From Seison nebaliae (lineage: Eukaryota), in contig JALJEE010002282.1 in assembly GCA_023231475.1 (NCBI GenBank), forward strand, positions 124,001 through 174,832: DNA of 50,832 bases, written 5' to 3'. This document shows positions 1 to 11,760 of this stretch, one piece after another (the first letter of the stretch is position 1; every line of letters begins with the position of its first letter). Made by a program: the position numbers and the translations under genes. Below the pieces are notes generated by a model. That model searched no databases. It was not told the origin of the DNA and saw only the letters and a program-made list of their open reading frames with translations.

Positions 1-9
1 TCAACCGTC

Positions 10-1421
10 TCAATTGACGTTTGTTCCATAGGAGACTACGAATAAAAAAGAATTAACAACAAATCAAAATTATTTGAAAATAAAGAAAAGAAGAACTTGG
101 TTATCAAAAAATTTAGCTGGTAAAATTTTGGGAATGCTTCCAGCGAACGATGACTTTAATATTTGTTCGTGCTTTTCAATTTCTTTCCGAAGTTCAATCT
201 CATTTTGCTCTTTCTCTTCCTGTAATTTTTTCGTTTCATTATATTTCCTGATTCCTTCTTCTGCCAATTTTTGAGCTTCCTGTTCTTCCAATATCAGTCT
301 AGCTAATCTCCTCTCCTTCTCTAACTTAATCTGTTCCAATCGTAATTGTTCGTTCTCTATTTCTTCTTTCTCCTTTTCAATATGGTGCAATTCTCCCGGC
401 AACATAATCTTCATATTTTTCGATGTTTCATTTGTCAATTCGATAGGTAATTCTGATGATCTATTATTCTCTTCAATTTCACTACTTTCTAACTGCCATG
501 GATTATTTCCATTGATTGGAGAATAATCGATATGTTCAACTGATTCAATGAATCGAACTTGATGTTGAGTCGATTTATTCAATGGTTCTCTCTCAATTAC
601 TTCAACTCGTTCCATAGTCGGTTGACGAGAGATTTGAATGACTTCTTCAATTTCATATTTTTCTTCATAAACATCTTCAACTAATTCGTCTTTTGGATAA
701 TAATTGGTTTCCAATACGGTTTCCTCTGATTTAATATCTTCATTTTCCGAAATTATTTTTACAGATTCTATTTCCGTTTCTAGCACAGGCAATTCGTTTG
801 AAATAGTTTTTCTAATGAAATCTTTTGGCATCGGATTTCTGAAATAATTTATTAATAATTATTTAAAATTTTCATTCAAATTATCCTTTTTCTGATAGTG
901 AATTGAAGGATAACTTCTGATGAGAATTGATAGATTTGGAGAAATAACTAAAACGAGGTGGAGTTTCTGCACTCTTCGAATTATCTTTCATATCCTCGTC
1001 ATTAACTATTGAATGGAAATTAATAAAAATTTCTTTTAAACGACAGATGAACCATCATCTTGTAGAATGTATTTAATGACGACGGTACAATTATATAATT
1101 TCCGTAAATAATCCCAAACTGCCGTTCCTCTCATTCCATTCAATTGTTGTCCATTCACTGATACGAGAAAATCTCCCACTCTTCAAAAAATGATTTTTTA
1201 TTCGAAATAATTTTAAGACAATTTTTAAACTTCATGTGACCACTAGAGGCAATAATTCCATAATTCCTAGCACGAATAATCTGATAGAGATCATAAGTCT
1301 CATTAAATTCGACCTAAATATTCCATCATTAAATATCTAATTCGATAAAAAAAAAGTGAACTGATATACCTAATCCATAAGATGTCGATTCGTATTCCAC
1401 TACTCTCACTTTATCTTCCAT
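10..1421 (-). CDS. PDZ-domain protein with Glu-rich/coiled-coil C-terminus (6 exons)
   Basis: Manual splicing with introns 1314-1361, 1181-1230, 1006-1052, 839-914 and 35-96. It gives MEDKVRVVEYESTSYGLGISVEFNE...SGHMKVGDFLVSVNGQQLNGMRG (PDZ GLGI loop and GD-x-L-x-x-VNG motif), joined to ORF 70..831 with an E/K-rich coiled coil. The last exon and stop are tentative. Confidence 0.7.
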
Positions 1422-1729
1422 TAGAACTGTTATCAATTTTAATAAGTCGTCTCTTATCTTATCACTCACTTCCTCCTCCACTTATTAATCGTCGTATGGT
1501 GTGAGAGTTGTGAAGGTAGAATAGTAGATAAACGTGTGGAAATAATGAATAAACTTCAATTTTTTTCTGTTCTAAAGAATTTTAATTCTCTATTTGTCAG
1601 TGGGTAAATAACAATGAATTATTTCCAGGCTGAAGGTCGTCAACTTTTCATCAACTTCAAATTCTTTTTATTTAACGAAACTTTCAACTCACAACCACAT
1701 TGAAAGTTGATGAAGGAAATAGATAATAA

Positions 1730-2491
1730 TTATTCATCTTCATAACATTTACGAGCGTCGACAGGTGTCGGAACAAAAAATGGTAAAAATTCTTTTCTCG
1801 AATTCGACGCGGAAGAATTAGTGAATGGCTGAGAGGAACATACTGATGTAACAGATAAATTTGAATTCGATGAATTTTTCGTGGGCAAACCGACACAAGA
1901 TGTTCGTTTTGATGTGACGTTCAATGGCAGATTGGATTGATGTGATGGAATTGTAGTTCGATTCAATTTATTGAAAACATGATCCTGATCATCATCATCC
2001 AAATTACCGTTCTGATCAGGATATGGTGTTGTCTGATAATTATTGTTTATAATCGTTGCATTTGAATCGATTTCCGTTCGATTATTATTTAATGTCCCTA
2101 AATAACCATATCGTTGCTGATGTTTCATATCAGGTAATTGATATTTTTTATCATAAACGTTCGTTGGTGGCGGTGGCACTTCGTCCACCATTCGAGCAGT
2201 CGATGGAGGTTTTCCCATGATCAGTTTACGAAAACCTTTTTGTAATAGATTTCCATTGGGACTACTCAATTCCTCATAATTTGATTCGAATAATTTTATC
2301 ATTTCTTCAGTTCGTTGTAACGCCGCCAAATTCTCCATTTTCCTTCGAGATGAAACCGCTAATTTCTTCACAATCGATTCCGGTATATTCTCTATCTCAA
2401 TCATTTCTCTCACCATATCATCCAACGACAATTTTTCATTTATTACATTTTGTTCATTCTCCTTAAATTCACTTTTTATCACTTTATCCAT
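1730..2491 (-). CDS. Uncharacterised 253-aa protein (helical N-terminus, low-complexity N/S-rich tail)
   Basis: 762-nt ATG-initiated ORF in AT-rich DNA with protein-like composition; no family recognised. Confidence 0.6.
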   Translation of the reverse strand: MDKVIKSEFKENEQNVINEKLSLDDMVREMIEIENIPESIVKKLAVSSRRKMENLAALQRTEEMIKLFESNYEELSSPNGNLLQKGFRKLIMGKPPSTARMVDEVPPPPTNVYDKKYQLPDMKHQQRYGYLGTLNNNRTEIDSNATIINNNYQTTPYPDQNGNLDDDDQDHVFNKLNRTTIPSHQSNLPLNVTSKRTSCVGLPTKNSSNSNLSVTSVCSSQPFTNSSASNSRKEFLPFFVPTPVDARKCYEDE

Positions 2492-2571
2492 AATAAAAAA
2501 AAAAATTTTATTTAAAAAAATTTTATTTAAAAAAATTTTTTTTATTTCACATAAATAAAGTTCAAATCATT

Positions 2572-3966
2572 TCAGCTTAATTCTTCAAATGGAATCCAAT
2601 CTCTCGGATTATTTAACACCTCTTGAATCTTCTTCTCATCAAATCTCAATTTATGTTTATACGTCCATTTCTACATAATCATATTATCAGTCATTTATAT
2701 TGGTATCAAAACTAAGAAGAACTAACAGCAACAGCAGGCATTGAAACTAGAATACTTTCGATTTGAGCGTTTGGTGTATGTAAACCGAACTTCGTTCCAC
2801 GATCATGAATCAAATTAAACTCGACATATCTCAAATTAAAAATTATAAATAATTCATTTCAACAATCTCTAACTTCCCCCGTCGAAACAATTGCCAATCA
2901 CGTTCTTTCAATCCATATCCATCAAAACGATGTCGATCTACTATCGGGAAATAACTCTCCTTAATCGAATCACCACACATCTAAAACAATTATCATCAAA
3001 ACGGTCAAACGAGTGATTAAAAGTAATAAAATTTAATAGAAATAGAACTTTGACGAATCTGAAACATTTTTCGGAATCGTCATTTTCATTAAGATCATCA
3101 AAAAATATTCCGCCAATTCCACGATGTTCATTACGATGTTTATTAAAGAAATATGTATCACACCATTTTTTAAATTTCTCGTAATAACGATCGTCGGCAT
3201 AACCACAAGTCTTCTTTAAAACTTTATGAAAATGAATGCAATCCTGAAAATCATTTAATATTTAAAATGGATTTAAAATAACTTTCTCATTCAAAAAATA
3301 TGGTGTCATATCCGTCCCTCCACCGAACCACCAATGTTTCTTTCCGTCACTTTGTTCCAATTCGAAATATCGATAATTGAAATGAAGGGTCGGAACATAA
3401 GGATTTCTCTATGAATGATTGAAGAAATTTGATTGATGGTAGATGAAAAATAACTGGATGAATGACTGAACTAATTCCTGTGGCGAAGAATTTTGATGGT
3501 TCATCCAAAATATCAGATCGTCGTGATTTAATTTGACGGACAGCTTCTTTCGGTAATATTCCTTGTATAACTGATACATTCACTCCACCACGTTCCCAAG
3601 TTTGACCATCTTCAATTACACAAGTTACACCACCACCACCCTCATCGATTTGTCGTTGCCATTCGTCGACGACGAAAAATTTCTCATCTTCATATTCCTC
3701 CATTTTATTACATATCTCTCGTTGTAATTGGAGAATATATTTCTGCATTTTATATTTCATTGACGACTTGTCATATTTCATAATCATCGAATCGCCGTGC
3801 ATAAAATGAGCATATGGTACGGAACCATAAGTGGTGGTCGATTGACTTTTAGCATGAACAACACTGGTAGTGGTGGCAATCGCTGTCACTCCACCACTAC
3901 AATTAAAAAATTGATTTTAAATAAGAGGAATAAAATTAACATTAATATCTTCCAACAATATTTCAT
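2572..3966 (-). CDS. CPOX: Oxygen-dependent coproporphyrinogen-III oxidase (7 exons)
   Basis: Motifs [84 protein letters not shown] and IESILVSMP. Introns 3897-3940, 3409-3454, 3244-3282, 2981-3048, 2830-2873 and 2671-2726. Confidence 0.95.
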
Positions 3967-4094
3967 GATAAGCTTTCGATCAACTTCAATCAATTCGAAT
4001 GAGAAATTTAAATTTGAAAATTTATTCTGAAATTTTATAGAGAATTGAGAAAGATTGGATGATGGAAAATAAAATGGTATTTAGAAAATAATTG

Positions 4095-5303
4095 ATGGAG
4101 AATTATAAATTTCGTTCATCACTCGCACGAACTTATTATGAGAAGACAATTCGAGATAATGAATTGAATTTAACAGATCGATCGACAGTATATCTTCTCT
4201 GCTCAATTCTCTCATTTTTCTTATCTTGTTAGTATTATGAGTTGAATGGAGATGGATGTCTGGAGAAGATGATGACGAAAAGAAACTTCTGCCAATCTCC
4301 TCACATTCTCCAACTCAACGAAGATGAAGAGACAATGGAATTTTTGGAAAGGAGTAAACAATTGTCATATTCATTCTTTACACAATTCTACTATTCTTTC
4401 GTCTCATCCGTTCTCTACTTCTTCAAGACGAAAACGGACATTCTCGGCCTCTTAAATTGCGGACGAATGTTCGTTCTTTCCAAGAAGAATTTCCAGCAAC
4501 TTCTTCCACGTTCACAATTCCATCAAATTTTAGATTTGGGTTCCAACTAATTATTTGCTATTAGGAAATTATTCAAAATTATTCTTTTTTTTTTAGGGTC
4601 CGGTAATGGAGACGTTACTATTAAATTAAAACAATTTACTAATAATCAAATTGATGTCACTGAAATTTCGACGACAATGAAGTCGAGATTGACAGAAAAA
4701 AATTTTAAGTTTCTATTCATTCAATTCAATCTCACATTCATTCTTCATTCAAGTGTTCTCGATATTGATTTCTATCAAATCGATATCTCAAATTTTCTAC
4801 ATATGACAAATGATTGTGGAAAGAATTTATTCAAATATTCTCTTGTGACTTGTTTGAATTTGTTGGATCGAATAGAAAAACCGAAAAAGTTATTGGACGA
4901 AATCGTTTTATTTTTACTCGAACGTGACGATTCGAGGAAGATTGGTGGAATTCTTCTCATTGCTCTCGTATTGCCATATGAACCATTTGTGGAATTTCCA
5001 ATAAGTGAGGACAAAAAAATCGAACGATTACCAGTGGAAAGTGGAAGTAATGATATTGAGATGAATATTGTCAATTTCATCGAGTTTATTAATGACAGAT
5101 ATAAAAATTTAAATGATAGATATGAAGAGTTTAAGAGGAATTATGGAGGAGTGGAGAATGAATATTCTCTTGAAAGAATGCATTATCAATTAGTAGTTAA
5201 ACGAGTCGCTCGAACTCCTTATTATAGTGAAGGTGATTTACACCAATCCTATTATCGTCTTTCAGACTATCTATTCGTCTGTGAGTTGAGACCACTTGAA
5301 TAA
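4095..5303 (+). CDS. METTL9: Protein-L-histidine N-pros-methyltransferase (DREV family, 4 exons)
   Basis: FRSSLAR N-terminus, KTDILGLLNCGRMFVLS, SAM motif LDLGSGNGDVT, VTEISTTM, CLNLLDRIEKP, ALVLPYEPFVE and PYYSEGDLHQSYYRLSD. Introns 4188-4232, 4540-4596 and 4709-4753. Confidence 0.92.
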
Positions 5304-5471
5304 ATTGATTGATCTCATCTAACGCTGTTAGCGGCAGATTTCCAATTAAATTCTTTTTCCTGCAATTGACGCATCATTCATTCATTCATTCATTCACCGA
5401 CTGGAAATGATGGAAAATGAAATGGCATTTCTTCTTTTATTTACGAAAATAAAATTATCATAAAAAATATC

Positions 5472-5973
5472 ATGTCTTCTTTTTCGCGTAAAAGGAAATA
5501 TTCTTCCATCAAATCCATTAGTAATAATCTCAATAAGAAGAATGGATTATCTATAACAGATTCAAATTTCAATTCAGGCAAATCCACCATCAACGGTCTC
5601 TTTGATGATCTTCGCAAATGTATTCCGACGTTTCCCTATGAGAAACGTCTGTCCAAAATTGATACGTTACATATCGCTTATTCGTACATCTCATTACTCA
5701 AATCGATGATGGAGGAGTCGAATGAAGGTAATCCAATAATTTTCATCCAGAAATCGGCCTCATCCGATCCTTCAACGTTATTCCATGCTGATTGGGCATC
5801 CAACGGTTAACATTCCATAAAACTTAATGAAATTGAATTTGAATTAAATAGATTTGTTATCAAGAATTTGCTGGTTAAATTGGTCGTCGTTAGGATTGTC
5901 ATCTGGAGACGCTAATTATTATTCCACCCAATTCAATAATTATCTTTCTCATTTTAAACGGAATATGAAATGA
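5472..5973 (+). CDS. Fer2/PTF1-family HLH transcription factor with degenerate basic region
   Basis: INGLFDDLRKCIPTFPYEKRLSKIDTLHIAYSYISLL is the PTF1/Fer HLH signature. After intron 5806-5851 comes WASNDLLSRICWLNW, resembling the Fer2 (48-related-2) C-terminal W-x-x-S-D-L-x-x-R-L-S-W-I-x-W motif. Confidence 0.85.
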
Positions 5974-6229
5974 TTTCCATTAAAATATCAGATCAAATTT
6001 GAGATAATGACTCAATTTGTTTTGAAAAAAAGATGTTTTCAGTCATTTAAAGCTTTGTATGAAGATTTACAGAGGAAATTTAATTTTTAATAAAAATATT
6101 TATTTATCAATTTTTTTTAATTCAAATCTTAAGCTTAAGATATCCTGCTTCTTCTGTTGTATTGAAATAAATTTCATTTTCTATTTTTATATCGAACTTG
6201 AATTTTTAACGAACTACTATTGAATAACA

Positions 6230-6490
6230 ATGTTAGCTCGCACATCCACTGCCTTAGTTAAGCGATCTGTCATGCATGTTGCCAAACGACAATTGCATGT
6301 AGATCAGGCTGGTCAGCCATTCAAAGTTCATATTTTCCATAATTACTTTTCTAACTTCATTTCTCTTTTTTAGAATATGCCATTTGGTCGAGGTTCTCCT
6401 CTCACCTTCACTCTCGGTATCAGCCTGTTTTTCTCGTCTGGATTTTGTATTCCTTTCCTGATGGCGAGATATACGATGATGAACAAGTAA
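6230..6490 (+). CDS. COX7C: Cytochrome c oxidase subunit 7C (2 exons; absent from ORF track)
   Basis: Intron 6326-6373 gives MLARTSTALVKRSVMHVAKRQLHVDQAGQPFKNMPFGRGSPLTFTLGISLFFSSGFCIPFLMARYTMMNK: a mitochondrial presequence, G-x-P-x-x-N-x-P-F, and a TM segment with F-x-x-G-F-x-x-P-F. Confidence 0.88.
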
Positions 6491-7136
6491 AGTTATCGGC
6501 GGAGATTTCAAGAGAAAAACTTAATGGAATTTCAAAATTATTTCTTCATATTTCTCTTTCTATTTGATTAGTAAAAGTTCCTCAGAATTCTTCTATTTCT
6601 ATTTCTGTTTACAATTTACATTATTTCCTACCCAAATTTTCAAATTCTAATTTCACTCTTCAAAGATTGACACCATATTATTTCGTGTTAATTTAGTTTA
6701 GGTGTAAGAGAAGATACAGACGTGAAAAGACACGTATAATTTGTGTTAAACCAAAAAACAATTTGATTAGGGGAGAGGATATATTGGAAAAATATTGTTT
6801 CTTTTGAATTGGAGAAAAATTTGCTTTGAAACATTTTTCTTGTGACTTTTCTCTTCTTATAATGATGTTGTTTTTTTCACGATTTTCGATTGAAATTCAA
6901 ATGAAAATTAATTCGCTACACTCGACATGGATGAGAAGGGGAAGTGTTGAAGAGGTGACTCTCATAGCGAATGATTAATAGACGTCATTAATAAGTGGAA
7001 TTAGGAGGAAGGAAAGAAGTATTATCGATTTAGATGAAAGAATTTTCTAAAAATTATTATGTATCTACTAATTAGTTTAATTGAATTCAGAATTAGATGA
7101 GAAGGAGGAATGGAACATAATGAAGAAATTGAGTTG

Positions 7137-7172
7137 AGTGTGTATGTGTGTGTGTTGTGTGTGTTGTGTGTA
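7137..7172. repeat. (GT)n imperfect microsatellite
   Basis: gtgtgtatgtgtgtgtgttgtgtgtgttgtgtgt. Confidence 0.8.
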
Positions 7173-8283
7173 TGGTTGGTGGAGAAAGTGCTTCATTTTG
7201 CACATTCATTCTCCGTATCAGAACATTAATGTCAAATGAAACTTAATCCGAAATTTCATTGAATAAACTGGAAAAAGGTTCGTCGTCTTCGTTGTCATAT
7301 TGGTGTATGTTGGGGATGAGTGGAGATGAAGACGGGAAGGTTAAAGAATTAATTTGTTAGAGACGAAACATATCGATTAATAAGGACAAACTCATTGAAG
7401 AACTAGTACAGGAGAATTGATTAAGAAACATGGGAAGTGATGATGATGATGATGAATTGAATGAGAAGGAATTTCTGTGCACATACAGGTGCACATAACA
7501 TCGAATTGACGTTCCGTTTTGTTGGGAGGGAATAGTAGGATGGAAATAATTAATAGAGACTGAAGAAATCATTGAAGAGAAAACTGTTTAACAAGAAGAG
7601 ATGATCATGATAAATATATGTAAGTAATCATAAGGAAATGTAATAGGAATGGTAATATTGGGGAATGTCGTAACTGGTCCTTTTTGCTGACAATGTTGAT
7701 TGTTAATATTTCATTTTTCCGCATAATTAATAACTAACATTGGGAATTCGTTCGAGCACGCTAAAATAATCATTGAAGAAGATAACATTACTTTACGGTT
7801 GTTCTAGTATTTTAATGAAAATAATTTCGTTCATATGAAACGATCTTATCAAATTCTAATTATTTCTTCTTACGTTAGTCTTATTGAACTGGTGACTGAT
7901 AAGAAGCAGTTGAATCAGTTCTTCATTCGATAACATTCTTATGGATGTACGTAATCGGATGTCGAGACTGGAAAGCACGAGAGAAGACGAATGGAATATT
8001 TGATTCAGTTTGTCATTCCCTATCAATTCTAGTTAAAAGGAAGAAGTCATTCTCCATTTTCTTATCATATCACATCGACGAATGAAGTTGAGAGGTTTTT
8101 TTTATTAATACAGAACCGAATAGATATTATAAGTGAGTAATCGAATGAAATTAATCTCATCACGAAATTGTTATTGTGCGAAAAAGGAGAAGAATCTTCT
8201 GAGAGACACTCATTTCAATTTATTAATATTCCGTCTTTTTTTCTCTTCATCCTTCCTCACTTCTAGTGCATCACGAATATGAT

Positions 8284-8285
<2 letters not shown>

Positions 8286-8320
<35 letters not shown>

Positions 8321-8328
8321 CAACAACA
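8286..8328. repeat. (AAT)n(AAC)n compound microsatellite
   Basis: Directly visible run. Confidence 0.9.
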
Positions 8329-9468
8329 TCCGTACCATCCTCAAATATAAACAACAGGAATATTAACATTCAATATAACTTTATTAATCTCCTCCCCACG
8401 GTATCTAGCTGTTGGAAGAAATTATTTGAAAAATTCTTTCTCCACATATAGATCTATCCACTCCACTTACTTCCCATCACACATGTAATCTTCACTAGTT
8501 TATTCTCCAATTATTTCCACAGACGACCATTTGTGAAGGAATAAGAAAGTGCACGAATTGGAGCAGTCTTCCTAATGAATTGTTAATTATTTAGAAAACA
8601 AATTTACATGTCCCCCCTCATAAGAAAAGATAAATTATTATGATTATGTAAGCAATTTAGGAGGAGTGAAGTGTATAGCTAAATAAATTAGCTTATTCAA
8701 TAATCTGTGGCTTCATTTCCTCGCCCAAATTCAACCATCCTCACCCAACATGAATAAATTGATTCACTAATTCATCTCGTTATAGTTATCACAACGATTC
8801 ACACAACAATAATAATAAGTTCCATTGACCACCATATTAATTCCTTCAAAGATAAATTGATAATTTAAAAAAAATTGAATTGATGTAAAATGATATTGTC
8901 ATCCACTCCTTTCTGTTTATCATCATTATCTATTGATTTGACAATGACAGGTTGTTATCTTGTTAATAGAATAATTTCCTTATAAATACGATAAGATGAT
9001 CTCATTTCTTGTTAATTTACCTTCTCCTCTATAAAGGTTTCATGAGATGTTTCTTACGTTACATTACATTTCTTATATCCTTACATTCCATTTAATGTCA
9101 ATTCCGTTTCATTAGTTACCATTATTTCTAATAAATCTACCTTTTCTTTTACTGTGCATATTCTGTGCAGATGAGGAAGGCGGAGGATATATATATATAT
9201 ATATTTGAAAATTATTGACGATATCAATTTCTATTCTTCTACCTTATTCTAGAACGAACGTCTGTTAAATTGACCAAAAATATTTTGACACTTAACCTTC
9301 CCCCTTAAACTGGAAAAACATTCGTCAAGACATTCGAGAACTATTTGAAATCTCCAAAAACTTTCCATATCAACTAGAAATAAATCAATCTTCTCTTATC
9401 ATCACCCACACACCACTTGAATTATTTATGTAACATAAGACGAGACTTCCTTCTTTCCATTCGTCGAA

Positions 9469-10443
9469 ATGACATCAACATCTTTCGAGAATGACGATGA
9501 AATTAACTCGGTCAATTGTAATCCATTGGCAAAGAAATCGAAGTTTACTCTACTTCGCCAATTCATCCTCTATCTATTCATCTTTGGCATTGTGTTGGGT
9601 GTGGTCTTCTTCCTTCTCGGATATCTGCTTCCAATAAAAGTCGAATATTATCATATTGACATGAACAAAAATGGAAAGTCGGAACATCAAATCTCGGAAA
9701 TTCTAACAGAATTAAATAAGAATAATCGAAATAACTTCCTCGCCAATACCCTGAGTTTAGGACACAATGATGATATGGACGAGAACAAAGATACACAACT
9801 CGCTCGATTGTTACGAGAATCGAATCGTTTTTCTAAATCGAACGGGAAGATTTCTGTTAGAAAATTTAATTTTTTTTAATTTATCATTCATGATTTCTAA
9901 AGATTCATGACATTTCTGCCATTCAATATAATAAGAAAGTTCGAAGTTTTCGTATGGTTGGATGGTTATTGTTTATCGTTTCAACGATCGGCGCTTTCGC
10001 CATGATAATCGTGGGGAAGGTATATGCTCGTAAATTGGAGAAACCGGAAGAGTTCGCTAATAATTTCCCGTCTTGCACTAATGCAAATACAAAAGCATCA
10101 ATTATATCCGATCAATCATTATTATGTTCCTCTACACAGACGTTTATATTTCTCTCATGGAAACTTAAAATTTTCAACAAATTACTTTTTCAGGTCAAGT
10201 ATGAAATCGAGTGATCCCAACATTGAGGCATTAAAACGAACAACATTAAATGCTATTTTCGAAGGAAATTCAATTGCGACGCCAGTACAACCCCAACAAT
10301 CTGATGGTGATGGTCAACGACATTCGACTCTTTCCATGAGAATTCCGGAAAAGAAACAATTAATTCCAGTAGAGCCATGGCGACATTCATTAGGCGCCGA
10401 AAAGATGGATAATAGAGTTTGGGAAAGTTTATATAAGAATTAA
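9469..10443 (+). CDS. Neurensin-like two-TM vesicular membrane protein (3 exons)
   Basis: TM1 ends LLGYLLP. After intron 9856-9902, IHDISAIQYNKKVRSFRMVGWLLFIVS resembles neurensin D-x-x-A-x-x-F/Y-N...G-x-x-L-F before TM2. Second intron 10142-10193. Confidence 0.6.
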
Positions 10444-10445
10444 AA

Positions 10446-11511
10446 TTAAACATTTAATTTTCTATTAATCCATTGAATATACGGACTAACTTTCGCATAA
10501 ACACCACCATCCGAACATTTATAACCCCAGTTCACTATACCAATCATCTCCCATCTCGCCACTAAACTGTAACGATTTTTACAGATCAAACTCGCTCCAG
10601 AATCTCCTACAAACAGGAAAAAAATTTCAAATAATTTTAATGAGAATTAAAAAACCGTTACATGAATCACCGAAATCACTGTTGTTCCCACCACCACAAA
10701 ATTCCAAGGAATGTTGAAAATTATAAAATTTTCCTGCACATTCACTTTGTCTGTACAAGTTTAACTGAACTTCGTGCGGTCGATCAGGAAATTGTAAATC
10801 TAAAATTTTTATTGAAATTTCAAAAAATTTCTCTAACTATAAAAACGACTAAACTATTTGTGTAACCCCAACCAGGTTGCATGCAAATACGGTTGTTTTG
10901 ACGTCTTGCTACAGCTACGGAAGCGCCATTCGGTAAACATGGTGGTCTGATGATATAACCGAAATTTTTGATTTTTCTCTAAAAATTTAATTTTTTAAAA
11001 TTAAATTTTTATTTTTAAAAACTTTCAATTTCACTAATACAATGTCGTTGAAATGTTTATACGGATTGTGACCGTCTGGTATATGGAATGAATCGACTTC
11101 TTCTCCATTTTCATAAAATGGTCCGATTGTTTCCGATAAATTATCGACGTTCATATAAACTCGATAATCACTCAAATTCCATTTTGGGTCATAAGAAAAA
11201 CAATGTCCTGCCGTTATAAAATGTTGATCAGTGATGATGGTACCAGTACAATGTGTAACATTATTCATTTTTATTAGAACCTTAATAATTTTATTAAAGA
11301 ATAATTGGAAATTTGAAAAGAAAACCATCCACGGATAAACTTTACCGGATATTTCATTACCATTAATCACACGTGAAGTAGCTACATAATTCTGTACTCC
11401 ACAAAACTTCTGATATTGATAAACGGTTTTATAGACGTTAAATCGGAAACAATCAATATTTAGAAGGAGAATAATAAACAAGAAGGTGATAGAGGGAAGA
11501 TTGGACTTCAT
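10446..11511 (-). CDS. Secreted trypsin-like S1A serine protease (5 exons)
   Basis: Signal peptide MKSNLPSITFLFIILLL, activation site R|VING, YPWM, CTGTII, TAGHC (His), NDIVLVKL (Asp), GWG, DSCNGDSG (Asp189 and Ser195), GIVNWGYKC and VYAKVSPYIQWI. Introns 11281-11325, 10979-11022, 10800-10854 and 10607-10655. An in-frame upstream ATG at 11604 is a less likely start. Confidence 0.93.
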
Positions 11512-11760
11512 GTCGCACCGAAATAGTTGAGAGTTTTCTGCTCCACAAATATCTCCTTCCTCCTCACAACATGAAATCGAATGTATGGGAAGAACACCAT
11601 ACATATGAATAATATGAAAAGGATTCGTTTTTTATTCGATATTTTATTAAAGACTAACTAAAAATAACTTTACAATTTCATATAAACATTACTGAAAAAA
11701 TTAATGAAATTTCGAATAAAATTAATATCAAAAAATTATTCCGAATCAGTATTTCTTTTT

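Noticed and set aside
6254..6511. 85-aa minus-strand ORF
   Set aside because: Antisense to the spliced COX7C gene.
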